Both the position numbers and the translations under genes were made by a program. From Alphaproteobacteria bacterium (GTDB lineage: Bacteria; Pseudomonadota; Alphaproteobacteria; RF32; CAG-239): DNA of 64,000 bases. The notes below the pieces were generated by a model. The model had not been told where the DNA came from, did not search any database, and saw only the letters and a program-made list of their open reading frames with translations. The stretch's first letter is position 1. Every line of letters begins with the position of its first letter. Shown piece after piece: positions 19,078 to 28,822 of the stretch. The stretch is taken from contig JAFVBL010000012.1 of assembly GCA_017479985.1 (NCBI GenBank), positions 791-64,790 on the forward strand, read 5' to 3'.

Positions 19078-21516
19078 TCACAGGCAACCTTTTGTTTCAC
19101 ACGCATAGCGCGCATAGTCGTTATAAAACTCCTGTAAACTCTGCTGCACCATACCGTTGACGGAATCCTTCGGATATTGCCCTTTGGCATTGAGTTTGCC
19201 GGCTTTTTTACCGGTCAGAATTTCAATACCGTCATCAACCGTATCAATCGCATAAATCGTAAACTTACCTTCGTCCACCGCCTGCAGAATATCTGCACGC
19301 AACATCAGATTTTCGACATTGGTGCGCGGAATAATCACGCCTTGCGTACCGGTCAAACCTTTATGAGCACACACATCAAAGAAACCTTCGATTTTTTCGT
19401 TGACGCCGCCAATCGGCTGAATCTCACCGAATTGGTTAATTGAACCGGTCACGGCAATACTTTGTTTAATCGGCAACCCCGTAATGGCCGAAATCATACA
19501 ATAGTACTCTGTCGAAGACGCACTGTCGCCGTCGACACCGCCGTACGATTGCTCAAACACAATCGACGCCGAAAGTGAAAGCGGCTGACGCTTGGCAAAC
19601 CGATTGGCAATCAAAGACTGTAAAATCAGCACACCTTTGGTATGTATCGGACCGCTCATTTCGATTTCGCGTTCAATATTCAAAAAGTCACCTTTGCCGA
19701 TTCGCACCTGCGTGGTAATCCGTGCCGGTTTCCCGAAAGAATAACTTGAAAAATCATACACGACCAACCCGTTAATCTGCCCGACGCGTTCACCGGCAAC
19801 ATCCATTAAAATCGTACCTTTGTCGATATCTTCAAGCATAGCTTTTTTAATGCGATCAGAGCGATAAATCTGTGCTTCGATTGCCTGTTCGATATGATTT
19901 TTGCCGATTTGCTTTGAGTTAGACTTACGTGCCCAATAGTCTGCCTCCCGCAGCAAATCTCCGATGGAAGAAATATGCGCCGTCAGTTTGCTTGAATCTC
20001 CGGCCAAACGCGACGAATATTCAATTACGCGCGCCACTGCCTGACGATTGAGCGAACGCAATCCTTTTTTTTGCGAAAGCGAGCCGATAAGTTTGGCATA
20101 CTCGGACTCATTGTATTCCGTTCGGTCCATAATAATTCCGAAATCAGCCTCCACTTTGAAGAAATCTCTGAAATCAGGATCTCTTTCGCATAATAAATCA
20201 TAAATTTCAAAATCGCCGGTCAACACAACTTTGACATCTAAAGGAATCGGTTCCGGATCAAGTGAAATCGTCGTAAAACTCGTTTCTTCACTCGGGGCCT
20301 CAATTTTTATGCGCTTGGAAGCAATCGCACGTTTCAGAGAATCCCACGCAAACGGCTGTTCCAAAACTTTGCGTGCATCAAGCAGCAAAAATCCGCCGTT
20401 GGCACAATGCAAAGCTCCGGCTTTAATCAGTGTAAAATCGGTGAGCAATGCGCCGTATTGCTGGATTCTTTCAACTTTACCGACCAAATTTCCCTGAGTC
20501 GGATGGTCAAGCGTAATCACCGGTGCACCGGAATCCGGTTTGTTTTTAACAATGACATTCACTTTTAATTTAGAAAACTTATCTTCTTCTGGTTGTTTCA
20601 TTCGGCTCAAAAGCATCTGCAGCGGCTCATCTTCACCACCGCCCATCATCAGACTTTTTTCTTTATCTTCCGGCACAAACTCATCTACATTATCCAAAAT
20701 ATGGGCTTGAACAGACTTTAAAAACTTTGTTGCCTGCGCCTGCCCTTTATATTTTTTACGCAACGCATCAATCGGTTCTTTAACGGCAGCTTTGGCAAAC
20801 TTCTGCCGCAAATTATAAATTTCGTCTTTTTGTTTTTCTTCCCAACGCGGTAAATCTTGCGTTGCATTTTCGATTTCTTCCTGCATTGCATTCAAATCGT
20901 CCATAATGAGCTTTTTCTCATCTTCGGGAAGTTGATCAAACGCATCCGGACTCAAGACCTCACCGTCTTTCATCGGCGCAACCACAAGTCCCATTTGCAT
21001 ATGCAAAAGCGACACACGCTTACCTTTTGCTTTTTTCTGCAGCACCGAGATATATTCATCTTTTTTTGATTTATATTTCTGCTTAATAATCCCCAGTGCC
21101 GCCTTATATTCATCAGATTCTATAAGTGCGGGAAGAGCTGCGGATAATTCTTCAATCAATTCATCAACATCTTTGGCAAAATCGCACGCCTGTCCGGCCG
21201 GAAAACTGATTGCCTTCGGCTTATACGGCTCTTCAAAATTGTAGACATACGCCCAATCCAGCGGTGTCTTGCGATTTTTTGCTTCTTTTTCCAAAATACG
21301 CTTAACCAAACTTGTTTTGCCGGTTCCTTCCGGTCCGAGACAAAACAAATTATAACCGCGTGATTTAATATGAATACCGAGTTCTACGGCACTGATGGCC
21401 CTGTCTTGTCCCAAAGCGGACAAGCGCTCTTCCAAATCTGCCGTGCTGTTAAAATCAAACTTAGACGGGTCACATTTGCGATAAAGTTGGTTAGAATTTA
21501 ATTTTGTAATAGCCAT
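19078..21516 (-). CDS. Lon-like AAA+ ATP-dependent protease (COG1067/LonC-like), not canonical LonA
   Basis: 812 aa. Walker A GPEGTGKTS near the N-terminus, a long helical insertion, and a C-terminal Lon proteolytic domain with GVDGDSASS (Ser) and GGVNEKIEGFF (Lys). Confidence 0.8.
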   Translation of the reverse strand: MAITKLNSNQLYRKCDPSKFDFNSTADLEERLSALGQDRAISAVELGIHIKSRGYNLFCLGPEGTGKTSLVKRILEKEAKNRKTPLDWAYVYNFEEPYKPKAISFPAGQACDFAKDVDELIEELSAALPALIESDEYKAALGIIKQKYKSKKDEYISVLQKKAKGKRVSLLHMQMGLVVAPMKDGEVLSPDAFDQLPEDEKKLIMDDLNAMQEEIENATQDLPRWEEKQKDEIYNLRQKFAKAAVKEPIDALRKKYKGQAQATKFLKSVQAHILDNVDEFVPEDKEKSLMMGGGEDEPLQMLLSRMKQPEEDKFSKLKVNVIVKNKPDSGAPVITLDHPTQGNLVGKVERIQQYGALLTDFTLIKAGALHCANGGFLLLDARKVLEQPFAWDSLKRAIASKRIKIEAPSEETSFTTISLDPEPIPLDVKVVLTGDFEIYDLLCERDPDFRDFFKVEADFGIIMDRTEYNESEYAKLIGSLSQKKGLRSLNRQAVARVIEYSSRLAGDSSKLTAHISSIGDLLREADYWARKSNSKQIGKNHIEQAIEAQIYRSDRIKKAMLEDIDKGTILMDVAGERVGQINGLVVYDFSSYSFGKPARITTQVRIGKGDFLNIEREIEMSGPIHTKGVLILQSLIANRFAKRQPLSLSASIVFEQSYGGVDGDSASSTEYYCMISAITGLPIKQSIAVTGSINQFGEIQPIGGVNEKIEGFFDVCAHKGLTGTQGVIIPRTNVENLMLRADILQAVDEGKFTIYAIDTVDDGIEILTGKKAGKLNAKGQYPKDSVNGMVQQSLQEFYNDYARYACETKGCL

Positions 21517-21584
21517 TTTAAAATAATCCTTATATAATGTAAAATGATTATATAATATAATGTCAAAATGCTAACAGAGTGTAA

Positions 21585-23075
21585 ATGAACGAAAAATATT
21601 TTGTATATATTCTCCTTTTGATTTTTGTCGCAGTTATTATAATGTCGATGCTTTTTCTGCGTTGGTGTATGCGGTTGAGATATTTGCAAAATCTGGCGCG
21701 TATCAACATTTTGAAACGCCAGCAGAAAATGAATCAAAATACTTTCTTTGCAACCGAAGTCATCAATCGTTGCGTTCGGTTGTTATATATAGATTGTTGC
21801 CCCGCAGCAAAATCCGCTCTGATTTCTCTGATTGCCGGTCATACGGAATATGCAACCGATTTTCTGGCAAAAAAAGAACCCCGATTGGCATTGCTGTTAC
21901 AAGCTCATTCGCATCTCGCTGCCGCTTACGGCAAAATGTCACGGCAAAAACGACTTTGGAAATCTTCTCCGCAATACAGCGCTTATTTTCCGATTTTGGC
22001 ATATTTGATGTTTAATCGAAAAGCAATGGAAAAAGCGGTCGCTCAATCGGACAAATATTTAAAAGACACCGCAAGCCAAACAAACCTTGCTTATCATAAT
22101 TATATCGCATCGTATGCTTATCTGTATGAAGGAGAAATGCTTTCGGCATCGCAAAGCGCTTCGGCCGCGCTCAAATTCTTTCAAAAAAAACAATATGCGG
22201 TTGAAACTGCCGCCTGTCATCTGGCATTGGCGGAAATATACCGTATCAGCTGCGTCAACGATATAGCCGAAACAATGATTGATTCGGCCGTCAAGATTTA
22301 TCAAACGCAAAAAACACCGCTCTTTGAAGCAAAAGCCATTGTTGCCAAAGGTATGCTGATGGTATTTGAAAATCGTTGCGAAGAAGCGGACGCTCTGTAT
22401 GAAAAGGCGCTGAATATGCCGATTACGGAGCAATTACGCGCCGATATTTATAATCAGCAAACATTGTTATTGTTGGCAAACGGAAAAAACAGTGCGGCGG
22501 AAAAATTATCCGAAACCGCCGTAAGTATGCAGGAAACGTTGAAAAATAAGCACGGTTTGGCATTGGCGTTGCAACTGGCGGCTCAAATCGCATTCAGCCA
22601 AAAAAAATACGCCAAAACAATCCGTCTGACGCGCCGAGCCGTCGGAATGTATGAACAACAGCAAAATTATTCCGCGCAGGCGGAATGTCTTTATCTGACG
22701 GCACAAGCTCAATGCAAACAACACGCGTTTGGCGAAGCAGAGAAAAATTTGCGTACAATTTTATCGCTTAACCGCAAGCATCCCAACAGTTTTCATACCG
22801 CCAACGCTTACAGCCTTCTCGGTCTGATTTATATGCAGCGTCAGGATTTTCAGCGCGCCAAAGTACTCTTTCAACAGTCTTTGCATTTGGAACAAAGCAG
22901 ACAGCGTTGCGAAGGTATGGTTGCCGATTATGCCGATTTGGCGTTGATAGAAGAATTGACGGATAACCTCGAAACAGCCGCGTCTCACCGGCAGATTGCC
23001 CTTGAATACGCCCGTCAATCCGGTGATACGGAATTGGAAAATCTGATACAGAAACATTATAACAACCGAATATAA
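21585..23075 (+). CDS. N-terminally membrane-anchored TPR-repeat protein
   Basis: 496 aa. TM helix FVYILLLIFVAVIIMSMLFL, followed by repeated TPR-like A/L/Y-rich helical pairs. Confidence 0.6.
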   Translation: MNEKYFVYILLLIFVAVIIMSMLFLRWCMRLRYLQNLARINILKRQQKMNQNTFFATEVINRCVRLLYIDCCPAAKSALISLIAGHTEYATDFLAKKEPRLALLLQAHSHLAAAYGKMSRQKRLWKSSPQYSAYFPILAYLMFNRKAMEKAVAQSDKYLKDTASQTNLAYHNYIASYAYLYEGEMLSASQSASAALKFFQKKQYAVETAACHLALAEIYRISCVNDIAETMIDSAVKIYQTQKTPLFEAKAIVAKGMLMVFENRCEEADALYEKALNMPITEQLRADIYNQQTLLLLANGKNSAAEKLSETAVSMQETLKNKHGLALALQLAAQIAFSQKKYAKTIRLTRRAVGMYEQQQNYSAQAECLYLTAQAQCKQHAFGEAEKNLRTILSLNRKHPNSFHTANAYSLLGLIYMQRQDFQRAKVLFQQSLHLEQSRQRCEGMVADYADLALIEELTDNLETAASHRQIALEYARQSGDTELENLIQKHYNNRI

Positions 23076-23135
23076 CCTCTTTACATTTGCTTCAATGTTG
23101 TATAAATTAAATCAGTTTTATAAGGCTTATACGGA

Positions 23136-24467
23136 ATGTTTCAGTGGCATATATTACATAAAGTAACAACTTGGCATTTGCCGTCGACGGAAGATTTTTA
23201 CAATCTTTTGAATATTCTGTATGCTAAATATGAAAATTTGCACCATATCGTTACACAAGAGTTCGGTCCGAACGGTTTTATTGTTCTCGGACTGTTCATA
23301 TTGTTTTTGTTTCTGATTGTTGTGATTTACGCCATATCCGTCGCCGATACGCTCCGAACCGGTAAAGCAACAGAACAAAACTCAGTCGTTGCCGATGTTT
23401 CCGAATATACGGCAGAAGACGAAATAGTCGAATCAGCCAATGACAATGATCCGGAAACACCGCTGTATGACAACAAAGAAAAAGAACAGATTGAGAAAGA
23501 AAGAGCTTTGTCTGCAGATATCGTTCGTATTTCGCAGGAATCCGATGACTACTTGCAATTACGGCAGGGTTACGGCGAGCTTAAAGAAAAAATGCGCAAA
23601 CACGCACGCGGTGAAAACATCCGTATGCAAAAGGCCATTCAGGATTTGAACCTCGATACCGCGCAGAAAGATTTGCCGACCGGCAGAATTGAAGATTTTG
23701 TTTCTCTGGTCTTGAATTTGCTCAGCCGAGGTGTGCAAGAATCCAAAATTATTCAGGCTCTCTTTTATTATTATAAATCAAAATTAAAAGAAGAAGATGT
23801 CTTTCAAATTGTCCGTGCCGTACGCGATTTTTTGGGTCTGTGCAATGCCGGCAAATTTGATGTTTTGCCCGACATAAATCAGTTACCGCCGCTGGATGTG
23901 GCTATCAGCGCTTTGGCGCGCGGACAAGCCAAAGAATGTCTGATTCTGTTACAATCATTGCTGAATTATCAAATGGACCTTGCCGACACGGAAACCGGTG
24001 TGGTTCAAGACTTACATTATGCCATTGCCGCAAACTACGCCTGCCTGATGGGAAACATTGCGCGGTTGAGTGATAATGACCTTGCCCACAATTCGTTTGA
24101 ACTGGCAACCGAACTGTCGCCGAAAAATGTTCGGGCGTGGAACCGTTTGGGCGATATGTATATGCTTGAAAATTCACAAGAAAAAGCTCTTATTGCGTTT
24201 CAGAACGTGCTGGATATCGGTGACAGAATATTGTATGCGCCGCAAATTGCCGATGCACAACAATATTTGGCAACTTATTTTCAAAATATGGGCTTGGATA
24301 CAAAAGCTGTCGAAATGCGTGAAGAAAGCGACCGTTTCTATGATACTTACGGCATAAGAACACCGCTCAGCTCGGTTGAAAATGTTGTCTTTCAAACCAT
24401 TTTAAACAACAGCGCCGAAAACATACCGGCGGCAGTTGCAGCTCTTTTAAATACCCAAAACCATTAA
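23136..24467 (+). CDS. Single-pass membrane protein with acidic linker and C-terminal TPR-like domain
   Basis: 443 aa. TM helix FIVLGLFILFLFLIVVIYAISVA. The C-terminus reads ...AWNRLGDMYMLENSQEKALIAFQNVLDI..., which is TPR-like. Confidence 0.55.
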   Translation: MFQWHILHKVTTWHLPSTEDFYNLLNILYAKYENLHHIVTQEFGPNGFIVLGLFILFLFLIVVIYAISVADTLRTGKATEQNSVVADVSEYTAEDEIVESANDNDPETPLYDNKEKEQIEKERALSADIVRISQESDDYLQLRQGYGELKEKMRKHARGENIRMQKAIQDLNLDTAQKDLPTGRIEDFVSLVLNLLSRGVQESKIIQALFYYYKSKLKEEDVFQIVRAVRDFLGLCNAGKFDVLPDINQLPPLDVAISALARGQAKECLILLQSLLNYQMDLADTETGVVQDLHYAIAANYACLMGNIARLSDNDLAHNSFELATELSPKNVRAWNRLGDMYMLENSQEKALIAFQNVLDIGDRILYAPQIADAQQYLATYFQNMGLDTKAVEMREESDRFYDTYGIRTPLSSVENVVFQTILNNSAENIPAAVAALLNTQNH

Positions 24468-24563
24468 AAGACAGTGTTAATTATTATCAAACTGCTTGAA
24501 GATTGTGTTTTTTTGTGATATTGATAAAGCAATATATGCCAATATAATTGAGGGAGTAATATT

Positions 24564-26735
24564 ATGAATAAAAACCGTCTGCTTTTTTTCGGCGCATTGT
24601 TAGCTATTTTTGTTATTGCCGTACAGCTGGATTTAAAGCCGAAAATCAATACGGATAAACTGCGCGAACAGGCAACAACGCCGCACGCTTCTCTTTATGA
24701 AACAAAGCATAAGGACGGTATCGAGAAAGATTATTACTCAAACGGTGCCGTACGCTCGGAAACGCCGTATGTCAACGGGGTTCGGCACGGTACGGTCAAA
24801 CAATATTACCCGAACGGACAAGTTAAAGCAGAAATGAATTTTGTTAAAGGTCTGCAGGAAGGCGAAACAAAAACATATTATAAAGACGGCAAAATCGAAA
24901 AAATTTTCACATATCAAAATGACCGTCTCAACGGTCCGGCAAAATCTTATGCCGAAGACGGTTCGCTTGCCAGCGAAACAAAATTTAAGAACAATAAACA
25001 ATACGGTGAAGAAACTATTTATTATACCAACGGTAATGTGTATTCGCATCTGGACTTGGACGATGAAGGGAAACTGCACGGCAAACTTATCGAATATTAT
25101 CCCGACGGCAAAACGAAAATGAGCGAAACCCCGTATGAACACGACAAAGCCGAAGGTACGGCATGGGAATACCTCGAAAACGGAACATTATACCAAACAA
25201 CGGATTTTGCAAACGGTCTGATGGACGGCTATCAAACCGTTTACGCCGATGACGGTGAAACCGTTATCGCAAAGATTCAATACAAAGCAGGCAAGATGAA
25301 CGGACAGGCTCTGTCTTATCACCTCAATAAAAACTTGCGTCAGGAACTGAATTTTGTTGACGGCGAACGCGAAGGCGTATTAAAACAATATCACGAAAAC
25401 GGCAATCTGTCAGCCGAAGCGATATTTAAAAACGACCGATTAAATTCCGTAATGACCTTATATTATGAAGATGGTAAAAAGTATGCCGAACTGCCTTATG
25501 TTGACGGCAAACTTAACGGCAAAGGCACAATGTACCATCCGAACGGCGCTGTCTTGTCTGTGGCCGAATTCAGAGACGATGTTATGCACGGACACGAAAC
25601 GGAATACTACGAAAACGGGCAGAAAAAGCACGATTATATGTATAACAAAGGTGTCTTGAACGGCCCGTCAATCGACTATTATGAAAACGGCAAAATCAAA
25701 CAAAGCGCGGTATATAAAAACGGTAAAGTCAATAATTTTGTAATCAGCTATGATAAAAACGGCAACAAAATTTTTGAGGCACAATATTTAGACGATGTCA
25801 TCAACGGAAAAGTCGCCTATTACCAAGACGGAGGCAAAAAAATCGGTGAAATTGTTCCGTTTGTGAACGGGATAATATCCGGTGACATTGAAACCAAAGG
25901 CAAACACGGCAACACTGAGCAAAAAGTCGTCTTTAAGGACGGCGTGTATCAAGGTACTGTCTACGGTTATTTTCCGAACGGTGACATTAAATATCGCTTG
26001 GAAACACCGACGGAAGGAGTTCCGGAAAACGAACGCTATTACAATGCCGACGGTCAGGCTGTGGAAGATAACCTGACAGGCACGCTGACGGTATATAATC
26101 CGGACGGTTCCACACAGGCAGAAGTCCCATATCAAAAAGGAAAGATAACCGGCACATTAAAAACATATCATAAAAACTCATCAACCCCGCAAATCGAAGC
26201 CGGCGTAAAAGACGGAAAATATGACGGCATCTATAAAGAATACGGTGAAAACGGAAAAATTATCGTTGATACAAAATATTCCGACGGCAATGTATCCGAC
26301 ACAATGAAAATTTATTATGACAACGGTAAACCGCTGATGACAGTTCCTTTCAAAGCCAATAAAACGGACGGTAACGCCATCGGTTATTACGAAAACGGAA
26401 AACAAGCTTTTGTAATTCCGTACAGCGGCAATAAGATTAACGGTCTGCTGACCGTATATTATCCGAATGGCAAGATTAAAACCGAAAAAATGTATCAAAA
26501 CAATCAATGGAACGAGCAAGAATACCGTGAATATGACGAATCGGGCAAAATCTTGTACGAAGTCGCCGACGACGGTTACGGCACAAAATACTACAAAACT
26601 GCCGAAGATGGTACCAAAACGGAAATGAATGAGGCAGAAAAACAGGACTTGCTTTCCAAATTAAAAACAGCGGATATTGACGGATTGAGTGAAGAAGAAC
26701 TCTACAAATATTTGGAAAAAGCACCGATATTTTAA
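24564..26735 (+). CDS. Membrane-anchored MORN/YwqK-type repeat protein (about 27 repeats of about 23 aa)
   Basis: 723 aa. N-terminal anchor LLFFGALLAIFVIAV, then a periodic Y(Y/H)xNG...G...G motif throughout. Confidence 0.75.
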   Translation: MNKNRLLFFGALLAIFVIAVQLDLKPKINTDKLREQATTPHASLYETKHKDGIEKDYYSNGAVRSETPYVNGVRHGTVKQYYPNGQVKAEMNFVKGLQEGETKTYYKDGKIEKIFTYQNDRLNGPAKSYAEDGSLASETKFKNNKQYGEETIYYTNGNVYSHLDLDDEGKLHGKLIEYYPDGKTKMSETPYEHDKAEGTAWEYLENGTLYQTTDFANGLMDGYQTVYADDGETVIAKIQYKAGKMNGQALSYHLNKNLRQELNFVDGEREGVLKQYHENGNLSAEAIFKNDRLNSVMTLYYEDGKKYAELPYVDGKLNGKGTMYHPNGAVLSVAEFRDDVMHGHETEYYENGQKKHDYMYNKGVLNGPSIDYYENGKIKQSAVYKNGKVNNFVISYDKNGNKIFEAQYLDDVINGKVAYYQDGGKKIGEIVPFVNGIISGDIETKGKHGNTEQKVVFKDGVYQGTVYGYFPNGDIKYRLETPTEGVPENERYYNADGQAVEDNLTGTLTVYNPDGSTQAEVPYQKGKITGTLKTYHKNSSTPQIEAGVKDGKYDGIYKEYGENGKIIVDTKYSDGNVSDTMKIYYDNGKPLMTVPFKANKTDGNAIGYYENGKQAFVIPYSGNKINGLLTVYYPNGKIKTEKMYQNNQWNEQEYREYDESGKILYEVADDGYGTKYYKTAEDGTKTEMNEAEKQDLLSKLKTADIDGLSEEELYKYLEKAPIF

Positions 26736-26746
26736 GGATTACAACA

Positions 26747-26956
26747 ATGGAAGAACAAGAAATCCGCAGCCGACTGATAGAAATAGAAATGGCGCTTGAT
26801 AATCAACAGCGAGCCATTGATGATTTGAGTGAAATGCTGATTAAACAAGGAAAAGTGATTGAACATTTGCAAAAACAGAATGAATGGCTCAAAAATAATA
26901 TCGGTCAGGATGTGGTCAAACCTATGGAAGAAGAAACCCCGCCGCCGCACTATTGA
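26747..26956 (+). CDS. slyX: SlyX family protein
   Basis: 69-aa coiled-coil protein. RLIEIEMALDNQQRAIDDLSEMLIKQ matches the SlyX pattern. Confidence 0.7.
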   Translation: MEEQEIRSRLIEIEMALDNQQRAIDDLSEMLIKQGKVIEHLQKQNEWLKNNIGQDVVKPMEEETPPPHY

Positions 26957-26988
26957 AACGGTATAAGCGAAAAACAGGAGGACAAAAA

Positions 26989-27780
26989 ATGCGCGTTGTA
27001 ATTAAAAACGATTATGAAGAACTTTCCCATTGGGCGGCAGATTATGTCGTTTATCGCATCAACAAACACAAACCGAGCCCGAAACATCTTTTTGTATTGG
27101 GACTTCCGTCGGGCTCCACGCCGCTCGGAATGTTCAAACATCTGGCGCAATATTATAAAGAAGGCAAGGTCTCGTTTGAAAACGTCGTATTTTTCGGAAT
27201 GGGCGAATATGTCGGTATCGGCGCGGGAGATGAACGCGGCTTTCAATATTTTTTGTGGGATCAATTTTTAAAATATGTCAACATCAAAAAAGAGCACGTC
27301 TATTTCTTGGACGGCTTAACCACAAACTTTGCCAAAGAATGTGCAAATTATGAAGCCACCATCAAAAAATACGGCGGTGTCGATTTATTTATCGGCGGTG
27401 TCGGCGTAGACGGGCATATTGCATTTAACGAACCATATTCATCACTGTGTTCACGCACGCGTGTCAAGACCTTGACGCCGAGTACACTGAAAGCAAATTC
27501 CCGCTTTTTTGACAATGATGTATCCAAAGTTCCGCCGCTGGTACTGACAATCGGAATTTCCACAATGATGGACGCGGAAGAAGTAATGATTATGGCAACC
27601 GGCGCACAAAAAGCGGAAGCCGTCAAACAAGCGATTGAAGGCAACATCACACACGTCTGGCCGGTCAGCATCTTACAACAGCATCCGCACGGCATCATTG
27701 CCTGCGACGAAACCGCCACCGCCAAGCTGGAACGTGAAACAGTCGCATACTTTAAAGAAATCGACAAGAACAAGTTTTAG
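26989..27780 (+). CDS. nagB: Glucosamine-6-phosphate deaminase homologue (catalytic Asp72 position is Gly)
   Basis: Aligns end to end by eye with E. coli NagB (LGLPSGSTP, GGVGVDGHIAFNEP, SRTRVKTLT, NSRFFDNDV). I chose the start MRVVIKNDY (SD GGAGGA), not the upstream ATG at 26953. Confidence 0.8.
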   Translation: MRVVIKNDYEELSHWAADYVVYRINKHKPSPKHLFVLGLPSGSTPLGMFKHLAQYYKEGKVSFENVVFFGMGEYVGIGAGDERGFQYFLWDQFLKYVNIKKEHVYFLDGLTTNFAKECANYEATIKKYGGVDLFIGGVGVDGHIAFNEPYSSLCSRTRVKTLTPSTLKANSRFFDNDVSKVPPLVLTIGISTMMDAEEVMIMATGAQKAEAVKQAIEGNITHVWPVSILQQHPHGIIACDETATAKLERETVAYFKEIDKNKF

Positions 27781-27854
27781 GATATATCGTGTTATACATT
27801 ACAATTTAAGTCTTTCATCAGAAAGATACTTAATGGTATTCTGCTGATACCTCT

Positions 27855-28298
27855 TTAACGAAGTTTAATGTATCTTGCATCAACCTTGAGTTTTCCGACC
27901 TCTATAACGCATGTTTTATACGGCGCAGCGTCTGTGCCAAACCGATTGGCAATTTCCGATAATCTCTCCTCAAACGTAAAATCTTCACCGCTCGGTCCGG
28001 TTGACATATCGGCACAGTTCAAAATAAATAAAGCATCAGACATACTTTCCACGGTTTCATTGCCGTGCAAAGACACTTCTTGCCAATATTTATACTGATT
28101 GCGGGCCAAAATCTCACCTCCGACAACTGAATGACTCGCATTACTTTCGATAAATTCATAACCAAAATCGTGCAATAACCCGAGCAAAAACATATCTTCG
28201 GCAAACTTATCATCATTCGGCTTAAACTTCAAAGCCAACTTTTTAGCCTTCCGAGCCACACCCAAAATATGTTTCCATCTGTTTTCGGTAATCATCAC
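27855..28298 (-). CDS. Small HD-domain phosphohydrolase
   Basis: 147 aa. H...HD signature (KHILGVARKA ... LLGLLHDFGY). Its start overlaps the stop of the upstream gene (ATGA). Confidence 0.65.
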   Translation of the reverse strand: MMITENRWKHILGVARKAKKLALKFKPNDDKFAEDMFLLGLLHDFGYEFIESNASHSVVGGEILARNQYKYWQEVSLHGNETVESMSDALFILNCADMSTGPSGEDFTFEERLSEIANRFGTDAAPYKTCVIEVGKLKVDARYIKLR

Positions 28299-28822
28299 TT
28301 ATCACTTGGCGTTATCTTGTTGCCAACCTGTAATTCACTCTCTTTTCGGCATATTGTATGCAAAATTTTTGCAACCTGTGCAGCACCTTCGTCAACATCC
28401 AATACGGCAAACGCAATTTCAAAATGCTGCTCTTTCGAATCAAATCGCACATACGGTGTTGTAAAATATTTGCCGTAAATTTCGCTGTCGTCAATGTGCA
28501 AACCTATTTTCTCACGTGCACAATATTCGCCCTTTGCCGCATCCCATAAAGCATCATCAATATGAAACGAGCCGTCCGCGGCAACTTCCACCTTTTCGCG
28601 CGCATTGAAATAATCAAAAATGCACCACAATTCATCATACGGAATTTTATGAATTGCCAAATACTGCTCAATATATTCCCGCGGTCCGCCGCTGACCACA
28701 TATACACGCACTTTATGCCGACGCAAAGTCCGCAGCACGGCGGCAAAAAATTCCGGCGCCGTGTTAATCACACCGTGAAAATCAAAGCTTATTTTTTTAT
28801 AATTCGCCATCACCATCACCAA
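28295..28822 (-). CDS. HAD-fold-like small protein with atypical motif I (DFHGV)
   Basis: About 171-175 aa. ISFDFHGVINT resembles HAD motif I, but the D+2 position is His. The true start may be the ATG at 28810 (MANYKK). It overlaps the 3' end of the YhdP-like gene. Confidence 0.5.
   Translation of the reverse strand: MVMVMANYKKISFDFHGVINTAPEFFAAVLRTLRRHKVRVYVVSGGPREYIEQYLAIHKIPYDELWCIFDYFNAREKVEVAADGSFHIDDALWDAAKGEYCAREKIGLHIDDSEIYGKYFTTPYVRFDSKEQHFEIAFAVLDVDEGAAQVAKILHTICRKESELQVGNKITPSDK

Noticed and set aside
19078-21516. The Lon-like protease as BrxL of a BREX-type defence system.
   Set aside because: No methyltransferase, PglZ, BrxC or other BREX-like genes are nearby. The flanks are clpP and repeat proteins. 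Domain order fits the general Lon-like (COG1067-type) family.
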